64,000 bases of DNA from Candidatus Nomurabacteria bacterium RIFCSPHIGHO2_01_FULL_37_25 (GCA_001786765.1 MFTH01000013.1:19974-83973); one strand, 5' to 3'. Shown: positions 16,956 to 28,615, counted from the stretch's first letter. The notes: generated by a model not told the origin, from the sequence alone. Program-made: numbers and translations.

Positions 16956-17969
16956 ATGAAAAAGAATTTTCTGATTCCAATAATAATTCTTATTAATCTA
17001 ACTGGGTTATTAGTGTTGGCAGTATTTAAAAGTCCAGATCTACTATCCTCCCTGTTCGTTTACTACGCTCATCGATTGTCCGGAAGCGAATTAGTAGGCA
17101 TTAACTGGTATTTTCTAGCCCAATGGTACTACATACGTTTAACTTTTTTCGTGTCAACCACTGTTTCAGTTTTAATTTTTCTTAATGCTTCTCGTAGGAT
17201 ATCAATTACTCCTCCCATATCGTCTTTATTTGTGGCGGTATTTCTTTTTGTTGCCGTCATAGGAAGTTTTTTTATTCCAGCATTGTGTTCAGAAGGCGGA
17301 TGTGTAGATTTGGGTGGGATATTTATGCTTATTTTTTATGCAGCCTTTCAAATCTCCTTAGCTTTTCTCATTGCCAAGTCAATGCAAACTAATGTTGGAT
17401 TCTTCATGAACGCCACATTGCTGATTGTAAGTTTATTGCTTTTTACATTTTCTTTTTACACGACTACAAACTGTGGATATTCTGCGTCTACACAAGATAA
17501 TTGTCACGCCATGATCGCTTATCAATTTATTCAGATGGATGAGTGCAACAAGATTCTTGATTCTTCAGCGAAGCAATCTTGTATTAATCATGTGAACGAT
17601 CGAACCGAACTCATGAACAAATCTATTGCTTGGAAAGATCATCCTTTAGAGACTATCAACAATCGTATTAATGAATGTCAGACCCTCCCTTGGGAAAGAA
17701 GAATCACAAGTGCATTTCATGGTGGGATTATGGACGGGTGCTACGAAAGTATTACTTCAGATATAGGCTCATACCTTGGGACACCACATTATATTCCTTG
17801 TACCACAAAATCTCTTCGTCCCCAAGAAGAGAACGACTTTTTGCAGTGTCTCCGGGTATTTGGGAAAAAAGATTTTATGAACGAAACAAATGGAGAAGAT
17901 TTATATCGTCGTACTTGTCAAGAACTGAAAGGTGCTCAGAAAGAAAACTGTTTGAGGATTGCCATGTAA
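16956..17969 (+). CDS. Polytopic membrane protein with a Cys-rich C-terminal domain
   Basis: Five or more predicted TM helices, then a soluble part with about 12 Cys (…NCGYSASTQDNCHAM…ECNKIL…QSCINH…). Unknown family. Confidence 0.4.
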   Translation: MKKNFLIPIIILINLTGLLVLAVFKSPDLLSSLFVYYAHRLSGSELVGINWYFLAQWYYIRLTFFVSTTVSVLIFLNASRRISITPPISSLFVAVFLFVAVIGSFFIPALCSEGGCVDLGGIFMLIFYAAFQISLAFLIAKSMQTNVGFFMNATLLIVSLLLFTFSFYTTTNCGYSASTQDNCHAMIAYQFIQMDECNKILDSSAKQSCINHVNDRTELMNKSIAWKDHPLETINNRINECQTLPWERRITSAFHGGIMDGCYESITSDIGSYLGTPHYIPCTTKSLRPQEENDFLQCLRVFGKKDFMNETNGEDLYRRTCQELKGAQKENCLRIAM

Positions 17970-18197
17970 ACAAGTAAGCGACCATAGAGGCTCACGTTTT
18001 CAGGAATATCAGAATCAAATTACAGCAACAATACTTTCGAAGCGACCATTCAGAACTAGTTTCTAGCAGGTTGGTTCCAAATTCGTGTTATAATGTCCAC
18101 CAAATTTGATTGCTGAAATTATTTTGTGGGAGGAATGCGGAACAGGCATTTTTGGAATTTTAGCAGAGGGAGCTTTAAACTTCGTTTTTAAAAAGTT

Positions 18198-18428
18198 ATG
18201 ATGGAAAAATTAAAATATATAAATAAAAACCGTCCCTATAAAATGCCCGCGGATTTGCAAAGAGCTGTTTTTTCTACCCCAAAAGCTAAAGCAGTATGGC
18301 AAGATATCACCTCACTCGCGCGCAATGAATGGATTTGCTGGGTAATTTCTGGCAAGAAAGCTGGGGCGCGATATATCCGGATCAAAAAGGCGCTCTCAAA
18401 ACTTACAGGCGGAATGCGCCGACCGTGA
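18198..18428 (+). CDS. Small YdeI/DUF1801-like protein
   Basis: …AVWQDITSLARNEWICWVISGKKAGARYIRIKKALSKL resembles the C-terminal YdeI/OmpD-associated domain. Confidence 0.4.
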   Translation: MMEKLKYINKNRPYKMPADLQRAVFSTPKAKAVWQDITSLARNEWICWVISGKKAGARYIRIKKALSKLTGGMRRP

Positions 18429-18478
18429 TCGCCTTGACCAGTCGCCTTGACCAGTCGCCTTGACCAGGTCAAGGCGGA
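18429..18478. repeat. Three tandem copies of TCGCCTTGACCAG ending in the GCCTTGACC-A-GGTCAAGGC palindrome (copy 2)
   Basis: Seen directly. Overlaps the stop of the YdeI-like gene. Confidence 0.75.
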
Positions 18479-18500
18479 TTGAAGAAAAATTTTTAATCAT

Positions 18501-19088
18501 ATGATCTTAAAAAAGTTTTTAATAATTTTATTAAGTGTGTTCATTGTTGTAGGTGTTGTTGTAAGCGCATTTTTTATTTCTAGAAAACACACTTCTTCTG
18601 AAAACAACACGACTGTATCTCCACCCACAAGTAGCACCACCCAAGAACCGACTATCGAATCTTCTACAAACAAAAATCCTGAAAAAATTACTGATCCGCA
18701 TCACCACCTTGTTGACGTCGAAGATGTTATGAAGGAAATCCGCGCAACATTCAAATTGGTGCTGGTAGATCCTGATATAGTAGTGCAAAAAGAAAATCCT
18801 TGTCCTGCTTGCTATAGTGTAGTAAGCCCAGACAAGACTCTACGTGCTTTCACTACTTATGAGTCTGGCACAGGCGATAGAATATTTATTGAAGAAACGC
18901 AGACTAAAAAGATTTTTGAAATACAGGGGTTACCACTCCCATACCGTCCTTTTTCTGGTCTTGTTTGGATTAATAATCATATTTTGGTTTTTGATCGCTG
19001 GTCTCAACCACATTATGGAATTCATTATGCAGTTGATTTTTCAATAAAGACTTTACTTATAGCCGCGCCTTATGCCGTTTTTTCTTAA
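18501..19088 (+). CDS. Hypothetical membrane-anchored secreted protein
   Basis: N-terminal TM helix, a Ser/Thr-rich linker and a C-terminal domain with a CPAC motif. Confidence 0.4.
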   Translation: MILKKFLIILLSVFIVVGVVVSAFFISRKHTSSENNTTVSPPTSSTTQEPTIESSTNKNPEKITDPHHHLVDVEDVMKEIRATFKLVLVDPDIVVQKENPCPACYSVVSPDKTLRAFTTYESGTGDRIFIEETQTKKIFEIQGLPLPYRPFSGLVWINNHILVFDRWSQPHYGIHYAVDFSIKTLLIAAPYAVFS

Positions 19089-19173
19089 TCAGTAAAACCG
19101 AAATAATCACAAATTGCCGCCAAAGAAAACCTTAGTTGTCCACCGCGACTAAAAAGTATTAGCTTTAGAGTAT

Positions 19174-19392
19174 TTATAAAATTCCAAAATTCTCTCTTAC
19201 TAAAGCTGACTGCCGAATTATTGAATGAAGAGTCCCCATTGGAATTTCCTTTCTATTCGCTGGCACAATAGCAGTTATGTTTTTAAGACCTTGTTTTCGG
19301 AACTTTAAATGACTCCCTTTTTGAGATATAAAAACAAAATCATTATTTTCCAAAATTTTTACCACTTGCTTAGAAGATAAAAGCTTAGGCAT
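19174..19392 (-). CDS. hicA: HicA-family toxin (mRNA interferase)
   Basis: MPKLLSSKQVVKILENNDFVFISQKGSHLKFRKQG…AIVPANRKEIPMGTLHSIIRQSAL matches the HicA motif (…GSH…VP.H…GTL..IL.Q…). Overlaps hicB by 8 nt. Confidence 0.8.
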   Translation of the reverse strand: MPKLLSSKQVVKILENNDFVFISQKGSHLKFRKQGLKNITAIVPANRKEIPMGTLHSIIRQSALVRENFGIL

Positions 19393-19603
19393 AGTTAAAA
19401 GCCAAAGGGATAAGTTCAGCACTTTTCACTTCTTGTATTTTAGGAATTTTTACATCTTCAAAATATAGATCTAAAGCTTCACTTAGATTTTTTAGAGATT
19501 CTTTTTTGGTTTTACCAAAACTGGAAATATCAACGTTTAAACACTGAGAAATGTAGTATCTCCCTTCCTTCCAAACTATATTTTGTAAATTAAATTTCTT
19601 CAT
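19385..19603 (-). CDS. hicB: HicB-family antitoxin
   Basis: 72 aa, …EGRYYISQCLNVDISSFGKTKKESLKNLSEALDLYFE…, a HicB/UPF0150-like fold, directly upstream of and overlapping hicA. Confidence 0.65.
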   Translation of the reverse strand: MKKFNLQNIVWKEGRYYISQCLNVDISSFGKTKKESLKNLSEALDLYFEDVKIPKIQEVKSAELIPLAFNYA

Positions 19604-19659
19604 AAATACATTGTACCATACAACTGGACGTAAACTTTGGAAAGAAAATAATTAAAGAG

Positions 19660-19911
19660 CTATCTTGTTAAACGGGATAGACGAGATTTTTTGCGAGCGG
19701 CGTTGTTTTTTTTGATGACATTCTTTTTAGCCGCTTTGTCTATTATCGCAAAAGCTGAACTTAACATTTTGAAAGCTTCTTTTTTGTCTGTTTTAGAAAC
19801 TTTCTCAATTTTCTTTATTATCTCCTTCATCGCGCGCTTGCGACTATTATTGGAAGCCTGTCTGCGGAGAGAACCTCGAATTGCTTTTTTAGCTGATTGT
19901 GTTATTGGCAT
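19660..19911 (-). CDS. rpsT: 30S ribosomal protein S20
   Basis: MPITQSAKKAIRGSLRRQASNNSRKRAMKE…IKKNNAARKKSRLSRL is a typical S20. Confidence 0.85.
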   Translation of the reverse strand: MPITQSAKKAIRGSLRRQASNNSRKRAMKEIIKKIEKVSKTDKKEAFKMLSSAFAIIDKAAKKNVIKKNNAARKKSRLSRLTR

Positions 19912-20079
19912 CCCGTACGAAATAGGACGCGTACGCTTACGCTATATTTGTCCTTTTGGTTAATTGTAATAAATTTTATCATTCTCATAATCTTTTTATT
20001 TTATGCGTCCGCGATTTCGTTCGGGATTGGCATAGATGTAATCTAGCAGAAAATCCAAAAAAATGCAATTACAATACTT

Positions 20080-20222
20080 TGAATCACAAAACTTTAAAAA
20101 TATAACTTTCTGCAAGGGTTTCGAGGCTGGCGAGCCGAGAACTTCAGAATTTTTTAAGCTTCGAAAAATTCGTACCGGAAGAAAGTTGATATTTTAGAGT
20201 TTTGTGATTAACGATATGCTAT
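20080..20222. repeat. Nested-hairpin repeat element, copy 1 (A-type arms aatcacaaaac…gttttgtgatt)
   Basis: The core GGGTTTCGAGGCTG-N-CGAGCCGAGAACTTCAG-R-ATTTTTTAAGCTTCGAAAAAT-Y-CGTACC is shared with three other loci. It is flanked by roughly 30-bp inverted arms. Confidence 0.8.
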
Positions 20223-20231
20223 GATTAATTA

Positions 20232-20828
20232 ATGATCGGAAGCTTAAAAGGAAAAGTAATACTAAAAACAGAGAAATTTTTGATATTAGAAACTGCTGGG
20301 GTTGGATACAAAATCAGCGTCTCCCCGGATACAATGTCTAAAGTAAGTACCCTTCTTCGTTCGGAGAAAAATGATATTATCGTATCATTTTGGATTCATA
20401 CTCATGTGCGTGAAGACATGTTGGATTTGTATGGATTTTTAGAAAGACAAGAGTTAGAATTTTTTGAAATGCTTATCAATGTATCCGGTATTGGACCAAA
20501 AGGAGCATTGGCTATTTTGGGAATTACTTCAATTGAAACATTGCGTAAAGCCATAAGCACAGGTGACACATCGTATCTCACAAAAATATCTGGCATCGGT
20601 AAAAAAACTGCTGAAAAAATTGTGATAGAACTAAGGGATAAGATAAGCGAAGAAAAGAATGACGTTTCCCTGAAAGAAGAATTGGACGCGCTTGAAGCAT
20701 TAAAATCTCTGGGCTACTCACAAAATGAAGCCCGTGAAGCGTTAAAAAAAGTTCCTGTTAACGCGGATACAAATACAAAAATTCGTGAAGCGTTAAAAAT
20801 TTTAGGTAGCCATGCCAAAGGCAGGTAA
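20232..20828 (+). CDS. ruvA: Holliday junction DNA helicase RuvA
   Basis: MIGSLKGKV…ETAGVGYKI…; HhH motifs GIGPKGALAIL and ISGIGKKTAEKI; C-terminal domain III. Confidence 0.9.
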   Translation: MIGSLKGKVILKTEKFLILETAGVGYKISVSPDTMSKVSTLLRSEKNDIIVSFWIHTHVREDMLDLYGFLERQELEFFEMLINVSGIGPKGALAILGITSIETLRKAISTGDTSYLTKISGIGKKTAEKIVIELRDKISEEKNDVSLKEELDALEALKSLGYSQNEAREALKKVPVNADTNTKIREALKILGSHAKGR

Positions 20829-20836
20829 AAAATGGA

Positions 20837-21736
20837 ATGCCTGAACTTCCAGAAGTAGAAAATTTACGCCTTGGACTAACTCGTCATATTATAGGGCAAA
20901 AAATTCTCGGGGTGAAAATCTTTAAACCAAAGCTTGTTTCTGGGAATGGAACAAAAAGAATTGCCTCCTCTAAAAAAGTAAAAGAGTTTATCAAAGGAAT
21001 CGTGGGGGAAAGATTCATAGACATAGATCGACGAGCTAAAAACCTCATCTTTAAACTAAGTAATGGAAAGAGGCTAATATCACATTTAAAAATGTCTGGG
21101 CAATTTGTTTATAAAAATGCAAACAAAAAAGAAACAATTATTGGCGGTCATCCTATAAAACTCTCGGAAACAAAACTCCCAAACAAACATAGTCATATAA
21201 TTTTCAAACTAACTCATGGCGCTCTTTATTATAATGACATTCGCATGTTCGGATACATGCTCTACTACAAAGATATTAAAGATTTTGAAAAAGAAAATCA
21301 TTTTCAATTTTATGGCATTGAACCATTATCGAAAGAATTTACCTTAGAATATTTTAAGGATTCTTTAAAAAACAAAAGGGGTAAAATTAAAATTATTCTC
21401 ATGAACCAAAAGATAGTTACAGGTTTGGGTAATATTTACGCTGATGAGAGCCTTTTTGAAGCCGGCATAAAACCACTTAGATCTCCTAATTCTCTAAACA
21501 AAAAAGAAGTTGAAAAATTATATAAATCTATAATTAGAATATTAAAACGCGCAGTTAAGGTCGGAGGATCATCAGTCGCCACTTATCGCCTAATCGACAA
21601 CACTAAAGGCAACTACGCCAGAGAGCATAAAGTCTATAATAAATATGGAAAACCTTGTGTAAATTGCAAAACTCAACTCAAAAAAATAATAGTTGGAGGG
21701 CGTACGACGATTTTTTGTCCTAAATGTCAAAAATAA
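20837..21736 (+). CDS. mutM: Formamidopyrimidine-DNA glycosylase (Fpg/Nei family)
   Basis: N-terminal MPELPEVE. H2TH region. C-terminal zinc finger CVNCKTQL…GRTTIFCPKCQK. Confidence 0.9.
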   Translation: MPELPEVENLRLGLTRHIIGQKILGVKIFKPKLVSGNGTKRIASSKKVKEFIKGIVGERFIDIDRRAKNLIFKLSNGKRLISHLKMSGQFVYKNANKKETIIGGHPIKLSETKLPNKHSHIIFKLTHGALYYNDIRMFGYMLYYKDIKDFEKENHFQFYGIEPLSKEFTLEYFKDSLKNKRGKIKIILMNQKIVTGLGNIYADESLFEAGIKPLRSPNSLNKKEVEKLYKSIIRILKRAVKVGGSSVATYRLIDNTKGNYAREHKVYNKYGKPCVNCKTQLKKIIVGGRTTIFCPKCQK

Positions 21737-21742
21737 AAAATT

Positions 21743-22207
21743 TCAAATTTTTATCATCCTAAAAAGCGCTACTCCCAACGCCACAGAAACATTTAGAGAT
21801 TCTTTTTTACCACGCATTGGGATTTCAGCTATTACGTCGCATTTTTTTAATACATTTTTTGGTATCCCTGTTACTTCCGCGCCGACAATAAAAACATTTT
21901 TATCTTTTAATTTCACTTTCTTATAGTCAATTGATTTTTCATCTTGCTCTACGCCAATAATCAGATATTTTTCTAGCTTTAGTTTTGCAAGAAGTGGAAA
22001 AATATCCTTCTTCTCTTCCCAAAGCACAAACTCTTCTGCTCCTAAAGCAGACTTCGCTAAATCTTTTCTTTTCCTGCCGAATCTATCAAGTGGCGCTGGC
22101 GTGTACCCTGTTAAATAAATTTTATCTATATCCACAGCATCGGCCGTGCGAAACATAGCGCCGACATTTTCTACGCTTCGAATGTTATGCAGTATCAAAA
22201 TATTCAT
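21743..22207 (-). CDS. SpoU/TrmH-family RNA 2'-O-methyltransferase
   Basis: …IGVEQDEK…VFIVGAEVTGIPKNVLKKCDVIAEIPMRGKKESLNVSVALGVALF matches SPOUT motifs. Confidence 0.8.
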   Translation of the reverse strand: MNILILHNIRSVENVGAMFRTADAVDIDKIYLTGYTPAPLDRFGRKRKDLAKSALGAEEFVLWEEKKDIFPLLAKLKLEKYLIIGVEQDEKSIDYKKVKLKDKNVFIVGAEVTGIPKNVLKKCDVIAEIPMRGKKESLNVSVALGVALFRMIKI

Positions 22208-23550
22208 AAATTTAAGAAATTCTTATTACGCATTTTTTTATGATAAGCAATAGCAAATCTATGCGCCTCGCTATTTGCAAATAAAATTTCTCTTTTGTAT
22301 TTTACAGCGAATTCCTCATTACCCATAATGGCTTTGGGCTTATGTCTTTCATCTTTTACCACAGAAACTACAGGAATGCCAAGCTTTAACCTAGATAAAA
22401 TGACCTGCGCGCTGTTTATCTGCGCTGTGCTCCCATCTACGACTATAAGGCTCGGGAAGGGCCATTCTCTATGAGCCAAACGCCTCTCTAGAACTTCACT
22501 AAGCGCTCCTGTGTCATTGGCATTATTTTGTGTTCTTATTTTAAATTTCTTATATTCACTTTTAATTAATTCCCCATCTTCTACCACCGTCATAACCCCC
22601 ACCATATTTTTGCCACCCATATGAGCAATATCATAGGCTTCTATTCTAGAAACAGCGGGCAATATGTTCTCGGAGTCACCACTCCAAAATTCTCCCGAAA
22701 AATTTCTCTGTCCGTCGTCGCCACTCCTACCAAGGGTTCCCTCGAGAACATATTGCCCGCTGTTTTTTATTAATGCAATATCGTTGATGTGTTGCAAAGC
22801 AAAAATTTGTCTTTTTATCTCTCCAGCTTTTTCAAACTCATATTTTTTCACATATTCTTTCATGTCTTTTTTTAGATTTAAAAGAATTTGCTTCTTCTTG
22901 CCAGAAAAGAATAATTTTATATTTCTAATATTTTGCAAATACATTTTTCTATCATTCAAGTCGGGGACTAAATTTATTTGCTTATAAAATTCCATATAAT
23001 TTTTACTTTTTTCGTCTAGAAATGGGAAAATTCTACGAATTATTTTTATTGCCTCGCGAAGTTGTGAACTGCTCGTAAAAGGCCCGAAAACACTATCACC
23101 AGAAACAACAAAATTTCCAGCACTGCGCCCTTCCCCTTCGGGGTGGGACCCTCGCGCATGTAAATTTTGTTGTTTCTGGTTCAGATTCTTCCCTCGAATA
23201 ACAATAACTTTTGGTAACTTTTCCCTAGTGACACAAACATAATTAAAACTTTTATCAGATTTTTCTTTTGTATTATATTTTGGCTGATGTTTTTTTATAA
23301 GATTAGCTTCAAGTATTATAGCCTCCAACACACTGTCAGTAACCTGCCAATCTATTTTATTTGCATAAAAAACCATATCTACGAGAATAGGCCCGCGTGT
23401 TTCTATCAAATCTTTTCCAAGATAACTTTTTACTCTATCCGTAAGTGATGTGGCTTTGCCGATATATAAAATTTCTTTGCCTTTTTTAAAAAAATACACT
23501 CCGGGCTTGTCAGGTAAATTTAATTTTTTTAAATATTTTATATTTATCAT
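22204..23550 (-). CDS. uvrC: Excinuclease ABC subunit C (short form; C-terminal HhH not evident)
   Basis: GIY-YIG motif ([20 protein letters not shown]…RV.SY). UvrBC-interaction region. RNase H-like endonuclease domain ([11 protein letters not shown]). 4-nt overlap with uvrA. Confidence 0.85.
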   Translation of the reverse strand: MINIKYLKKLNLPDKPGVYFFKKGKEILYIGKATSLTDRVKSYLGKDLIETRGPILVDMVFYANKIDWQVTDSVLEAIILEANLIKKHQPKYNTKEKSDKSFNYVCVTREKLPKVIVIRGKNLNQKQQNLHARGSHPEGEGRSAGNFVVSGDSVFGPFTSSSQLREAIKIIRRIFPFLDEKSKNYMEFYKQINLVPDLNDRKMYLQNIRNIKLFFSGKKKQILLNLKKDMKEYVKKYEFEKAGEIKRQIFALQHINDIALIKNSGQYVLEGTLGRSGDDGQRNFSGEFWSGDSENILPAVSRIEAYDIAHMGGKNMVGVMTVVEDGELIKSEYKKFKIRTQNNANDTGALSEVLERRLAHREWPFPSLIVVDGSTAQINSAQVILSRLKLGIPVVSVVKDERHKPKAIMGNEEFAVKYKREILFANSEAHRFAIAYHKKMRNKNFLNL

Positions 23551-26162
23551 CTTCGTAAAACTTTTTTTAAATACTTCCCAGTATAACTTTTTGTATTATT
23601 GGCCACTTCTTCTGGAGTGCCTTTAGCCACCAAATTACCGCCATTTACTCCCCCTTCAGGACCAATGTCTATAATGTAATCCGAACTTTTCACAATATCA
23701 AGATTGTGTTCTATGAGAACTACAGTGTTGCCTTTATTAACCAATTTATTTAAAACTTCTAAAAGTTTTTGCACATCATCATAATGCAACCCCACTGTCG
23801 GCTCATCTAAAAGATAAATAGTTTTTTCTAAATGTGGACGATAAAGCTCGCTTGATATTTTCACCCGTTGCGCCTCTCCGCCGGAGAGCGTAGTGGCGGA
23901 TTGACCAAGCTCTAAATAACCCAACCCCACATCCATCAAAGTTTGCAATCTATCAGAAATTGCGGGAATATCTTTGAAGAAAATCAGTCCATTTTCCACA
24001 GTCAAATGAAGCACCTCGTAAATATTTTTTTTCTTATATTTTATCGTGAGTGTTTCTTTGTCAAAACGTTTACCATTACAAACATCACAAGTGACATACA
24101 CCGTCGGTAGAAAATGCATTTCTACCGCTATTTCACCATTTCCCTCGCAAGCTTCACAACGACCGCCTTTCACATTAAATGAAAAACGGTTCGCCTTCCA
24201 GCCGCGAAGTCGCGCTTCTTCTGTTAAAGCAAAAAGGTCGCGAATATGAGTGAAAGCTCCAGTATACGTAGCCAGATTTGAACGCGGAGTTCGACCTATC
24301 GGAGACTGGTCGATTAAGATTGCCCGAGAAAGATATTCAGCGCCAGAAAATGAAGAACAATTAAAAACCTGCGCAGAACGATATTTTCTTTCATAACGAG
24401 CCTGTAAGTTTTTGTAAAGAATTTCATACATAAAAGAGCTTTTACCACTTCCAGAAACTCCGGTAATAGAAGTCATCACGCCGAGAGGAATTTCAACATT
24501 TAAATTGTTTATGTTAAAAATTTTTCCACCAGCGATTCTGAGCGCGCCTTTCTCTTTGCGACGTTTTTCAGGAATTTCTATTTTTGTTTCACCGCGCAGA
24601 TAAGAAAGCGTTCTAGAGTTGCTATTATTTCTCTTGGCAGTTAATAAATCTTCCAGATAATCAGAAACGACCACTTGTCCACCATGCACACCGGCTTTTG
24701 GACCGATATCAACAATATAGTCGGAAGCATAAATGGTGTCTTCGTCGTGTTCAACAATCAAAATCGTATTGCCCAAATCTCGAAGATTTTGCAATGTTTT
24801 TATTAAACGATCATTGTCTCGCTGGTGCAATCCTATAGTCGGCTCGTCGAGAACATATAATGCCCCGACTAATCTTGAGCCCAGTTGAGAAGCCAGACGA
24901 ATACGCTGCGCTTCTCCGCCAGAGAGCGTATTGGCTTTGCGAGAAAGCTGTAAATAATCCAAGCCAACATCCAGCATAAATTGGAGTCGCGCTTCTATTT
25001 CCCTAACCACCGGAATTGATATTTCCTTTTCTTGTTCGGAGAGTTTTAAGTTTTTAAAAAATTCATGCGCGTCAGCGATAGATAGTGTTGCTAATTCTAA
25101 AATATTTATTTTTTTATTATGATCTGTTAAAAATACGTTCAGCGCCTCCGGACGCAATCTTGCTCCATGACAAGCGTCGCAAGGTTCTTCCCCCATAAAA
25201 TATTTTGAGCCGAGACCGTTACAAGCTGGACACGCGCCGTAAGGAGAATTAAAAGAAAATAAACGAGGCTCAATTTCTGGAAAAGAAGAGCCGTCATTTT
25301 TGCAGGCAAATTTTGAAGACATTATAAATTCACTCCCACCCACCTTGATAGTCACTAATCCATCAGACTCAATCAGCGCCCTCTCAAGGGCTTCAGATAA
25401 TCTCATCCGACTTGTATCTTTATTATCAAAAAATTCATGCGCGGTAAAATGGTCAACCAATATGTCAATATTGTGAGCTTTGTTTTTTGAAAGAGTTATC
25501 TGTTCGCGAAGTTTTTTCATCACGCCATCCAAGCGAATTTCAGAGAATCCTTTTCCCAGTAAATCGTATAATAATTGATAGTATTCACCTTTTCTACCGC
25601 GAACTATGGGAGAGAAAATATTTATTTGATTTTCATCCCATTCTACGCCCATAACTTTCCGTTTATCCTTATTGGAATTTGAAGACGAAGAATTCTTCTT
25701 CCCCAGATTCCCTATCTTTTCTAAAACAAAATTCAAAATTTCTTCGTTTGAGAGTTTTTTGATTTCTTCTCCGCATTTTGGACAATATGGATGCCCGATG
25801 CGCGCATACATTACTCGCAAATAATCATAAATTTCTGTAATCGTAGCCACTGTGGAACGCGGATTGTTAGAACGAGATTTCTGATCAATGGAAATTGCTG
25901 GAGAAAGTCCCGTAATCTCGTCCACATCTGGTTTTGGCATTTGATTCAAGAATTGTCGCGCATAAGAAGAGAGAGATTCCACATACCTGCGCTGACCTTC
26001 GGCAAAGATAGTGTCAAAAGCAAGCGACGACTTGCCAGAACCGGAAACTCCAGTGATAACTACCATTTTATTGCGTGGCATTTCAACGCTAATATTCTTC
26101 AGATTGTGCGTCCGCGCTCCTTTTACCCTTATGATATCTATATTTTTTTCATTTTTAGCCAT
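23547..26162 (-). CDS. uvrA: Excinuclease ABC subunit A
   Basis: Two ABC ATPase modules ([23 protein letters not shown]…; …[12 protein letters not shown]…), zinc-finger Cys clusters and LSGGEAQR signature motifs. The start is chosen at [13 protein letters not shown]. Confidence 0.95.
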   Translation of the reverse strand: MAKNEKNIDIIRVKGARTHNLKNISVEMPRNKMVVITGVSGSGKSSLAFDTIFAEGQRRYVESLSSYARQFLNQMPKPDVDEITGLSPAISIDQKSRSNNPRSTVATITEIYDYLRVMYARIGHPYCPKCGEEIKKLSNEEILNFVLEKIGNLGKKNSSSSNSNKDKRKVMGVEWDENQINIFSPIVRGRKGEYYQLLYDLLGKGFSEIRLDGVMKKLREQITLSKNKAHNIDILVDHFTAHEFFDNKDTSRMRLSEALERALIESDGLVTIKVGGSEFIMSSKFACKNDGSSFPEIEPRLFSFNSPYGACPACNGLGSKYFMGEEPCDACHGARLRPEALNVFLTDHNKKINILELATLSIADAHEFFKNLKLSEQEKEISIPVVREIEARLQFMLDVGLDYLQLSRKANTLSGGEAQRIRLASQLGSRLVGALYVLDEPTIGLHQRDNDRLIKTLQNLRDLGNTILIVEHDEDTIYASDYIVDIGPKAGVHGGQVVVSDYLEDLLTAKRNNSNSRTLSYLRGETKIEIPEKRRKEKGALRIAGGKIFNINNLNVEIPLGVMTSITGVSGSGKSSFMYEILYKNLQARYERKYRSAQVFNCSSFSGAEYLSRAILIDQSPIGRTPRSNLATYTGAFTHIRDLFALTEEARLRGWKANRFSFNVKGGRCEACEGNGEIAVEMHFLPTVYVTCDVCNGKRFDKETLTIKYKKKNIYEVLHLTVENGLIFFKDIPAISDRLQTLMDVGLGYLELGQSATTLSGGEAQRVKISSELYRPHLEKTIYLLDEPTVGLHYDDVQKLLEVLNKLVNKGNTVVLIEHNLDIVKSSDYIIDIGPEGGVNGGNLVAKGTPEEVANNTKSYTGKYLKKVLRR

Positions 26163-26223
26163 ATAACACAACGACACCCCACCGTATTCATAGGGGGTGT
26201 ATATTATTTTACAATTTATCACA

Positions 26224-28356
26224 TTATAATTTCTTTTCCAAACGTAACTTCAATACCCCTATCTCATCCCGTAAAATAGCCGCGGTTTCAAAGTCTAATT
26301 CTTTGACTGCTTTATTCATTTCTTTTTCTTTCAGTTTTATTATTTTTTCGTAAACCACGATATTTCTTTCTTCATCAGAAAGCATTGTGTTTTTTATTGA
26401 ATCCGATTCATTTTTTCCTTTATTATTTTTCTCCTTTGCAAAAACTTTTTTGAATAATTCAAAATCAAGTTTTAATTCCGCATTAACTACCTTGCTATGT
26501 TCGCTTTCTATTTCCTCTGTGATATCTTTTATTTTTTTACTAATTGTCTTTGGTATTATGCCATGCTTTTTATTGTACGCTAGTTGAATATTTCGGCGAC
26601 GAGTAGTTTCTTTGAGCGCGTGATCCATCGCATTCGTTAAAATGTCTGCGTATAAAATCACTTTACCTTCACTGTTGCGCGCGGCGCGACCAATAGTCTG
26701 GATGAGCGCGGTTTCCGAACGCAAAAATCCAGTCTTGTCGGCATCTAAAATCCCAATCAACGCAACTTCTGGCAGATCAAGACCTTCTCGTAAAAGATTT
26801 ACTCCTACTAAAACATCAAACTCACCTTTACGAAATTGTGTAAGAATTTTTATTCTTTCCATAGTTTTTATATCGCTATGTAAATATTCTGCTTTTACCT
26901 GCCTGCCGGCAGGCAGGTTTTTTAAGTACGTGACTAAGTCTTCAGCCATCTTTTTTGTGAGTGTCGTAGCCAGTACGCGAAAACCTTTTTTAATAGTTTT
27001 TCCTGTTTCCATTATAAAGTCTTGAATCTGACCCTTGTATGCATTTTTTTCGCTGACTGGTTTAATTATTGTCTCTGGATCCACCAAACCAGTGGGACGA
27101 ATTATTTGCTCCACAATCTGTTCGCTTTCTTTTCTCTCTTGTTCGCCTGGAGTAGCAGAAGTATAAATCACCGGGCCAATACGCTCTTTAAATTCTTCAT
27201 ATTTTAAAGGCCTATTATCTTTAGCTGAAGGAAGACGAAAGCCATATTCCACAAGGGTATTTTTACGTGAAGCGTCTCCAGCATACATACCTTGAAGCTG
27301 GGGCAAGGTGACATGAGATTCATCAATAATTGTAAGGAATCCTGTCTTGGGAAAATAAGATAAAAGAGTTTCTGGCGGCTCACCTTCAGCTTTGCCAGAC
27401 AAATGTCGCGAATAGTTTTCAATACCGCTACAATAACCGACCTCGCGAATCATCGCGAGGTCATAACTTGTTCTTCTTTTTATTCTTTCCGCCTCTAAAA
27501 GCTTTCCTTCTTTCTTGAACTTTTTTAACTGCGCTTCTAATTCTTGCTTGATATTAGATAGAGCTTTTTTTGTTTTATTATCTTCAGTGATAAAATGTTT
27601 CGCTGGAAAAACAAAAATGTTTTCTTCTTCCTTGATGATATGCAAAGAAATAGGATTAATTTTTGTTATTTTTGAAATTGTATCATTTAAGATTTCAACT
27701 TGATACATTATAGACTCTGATACTGGCATAAATTCGACTCGTGAACCGATAGAACGAAAAGTCCCCGGAGTAAGGTCGGCATTTGTCCTCTCAAAATGTA
27801 TCTTAATGAGGGATTTCATTAAGGTCATCCTGGTAATTTTCTGCCCAATTTCTAATTTGAGATTGACTTTCTCGTATTCTTCGGGAGACCCTAAACCATA
27901 AATGCAGGAAACAGAAGCAACTATGATAACATCAGAACGAGTGAGTAACGCCTGCGTGGAGGCATGACGAAGCATATCTATTTCTTTATTGATAGAAGCG
28001 TCTTTTTCAATATAAGTGTCAGAAGCGGGCATATAAGCCTCTGGCTGATAATAATCATAATAAGAAACAAAATAATGCACAGCGGAGTCTGGAAAAAATA
28101 ATTTAAACTCTTGCGCGAGTTGCGCGGCAAGAGTTTTATTGTGCGCTATTACCAACGTGGGTTTATTATATTTTTCTATTACATTCGCTATCGTAAAAGT
28201 CTTGCCTGTGCCTGTAGCCCCTAATAATGTTTGTTTCTTCATGCCACTAGACAATCCTCCCACCAATTTTGAAATCGCCAACGGCTGATCGCCCGCTGGT
28301 TTCCAAGGATTATTTAGCTTAAAAATATCTTTTCTCGTCTTGTTTTTCAACATCAA
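26224..28356 (-). CDS. uvrB: Excinuclease ABC subunit B
   Basis: Helicase motifs ([13 protein letters not shown]), a beta-hairpin region and a C-terminal UVR domain (…[11 protein letters not shown]…). Confidence 0.95.
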   Translation of the reverse strand: MMLKNKTRKDIFKLNNPWKPAGDQPLAISKLVGGLSSGMKKQTLLGATGTGKTFTIANVIEKYNKPTLVIAHNKTLAAQLAQEFKLFFPDSAVHYFVSYYDYYQPEAYMPASDTYIEKDASINKEIDMLRHASTQALLTRSDVIIVASVSCIYGLGSPEEYEKVNLKLEIGQKITRMTLMKSLIKIHFERTNADLTPGTFRSIGSRVEFMPVSESIMYQVEILNDTISKITKINPISLHIIKEEENIFVFPAKHFITEDNKTKKALSNIKQELEAQLKKFKKEGKLLEAERIKRRTSYDLAMIREVGYCSGIENYSRHLSGKAEGEPPETLLSYFPKTGFLTIIDESHVTLPQLQGMYAGDASRKNTLVEYGFRLPSAKDNRPLKYEEFKERIGPVIYTSATPGEQERKESEQIVEQIIRPTGLVDPETIIKPVSEKNAYKGQIQDFIMETGKTIKKGFRVLATTLTKKMAEDLVTYLKNLPAGRQVKAEYLHSDIKTMERIKILTQFRKGEFDVLVGVNLLREGLDLPEVALIGILDADKTGFLRSETALIQTIGRAARNSEGKVILYADILTNAMDHALKETTRRRNIQLAYNKKHGIIPKTISKKIKDITEEIESEHSKVVNAELKLDFELFKKVFAKEKNNKGKNESDSIKNTMLSDEERNIVVYEKIIKLKEKEMNKAVKELDFETAAILRDEIGVLKLRLEKKL

Positions 28357-28615
28357 TATCTTACTAGAAATTATTGACTTGCGTAAGTTAAATCAAAAAT
28401 ATTATCATACGCTTTTATTATAATACGATAAGCTAAAGCAGAACTAACTATCGTGAATATTAAAAAATACACTAAAGTCATATTTATTCTATGCATATAA
28501 ATATATTAACATTTTTTAAAAAACAGAAAAAGCCCAAATCTATTTAGCAAATAACTTTACATTAATTTATTTACCTCTTATACTTCTTTATATTACTAAC
28601 TTACCTCTGTCTTTA

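Noticed and set aside
17675-17977. ORF 17675-17977 (+), overlapping the 3' part of the 16956-17969 gene
   Set aside because: It is an alternative frame of the same region. The longer ORF has a coherent membrane-protein translation.
18429-18478. CRISPR array
   Set aside because: There are only three 13-bp direct repeats with no spacers, and no cas genes. It is a short tandem repeat ending in a palindrome, not a CRISPR.
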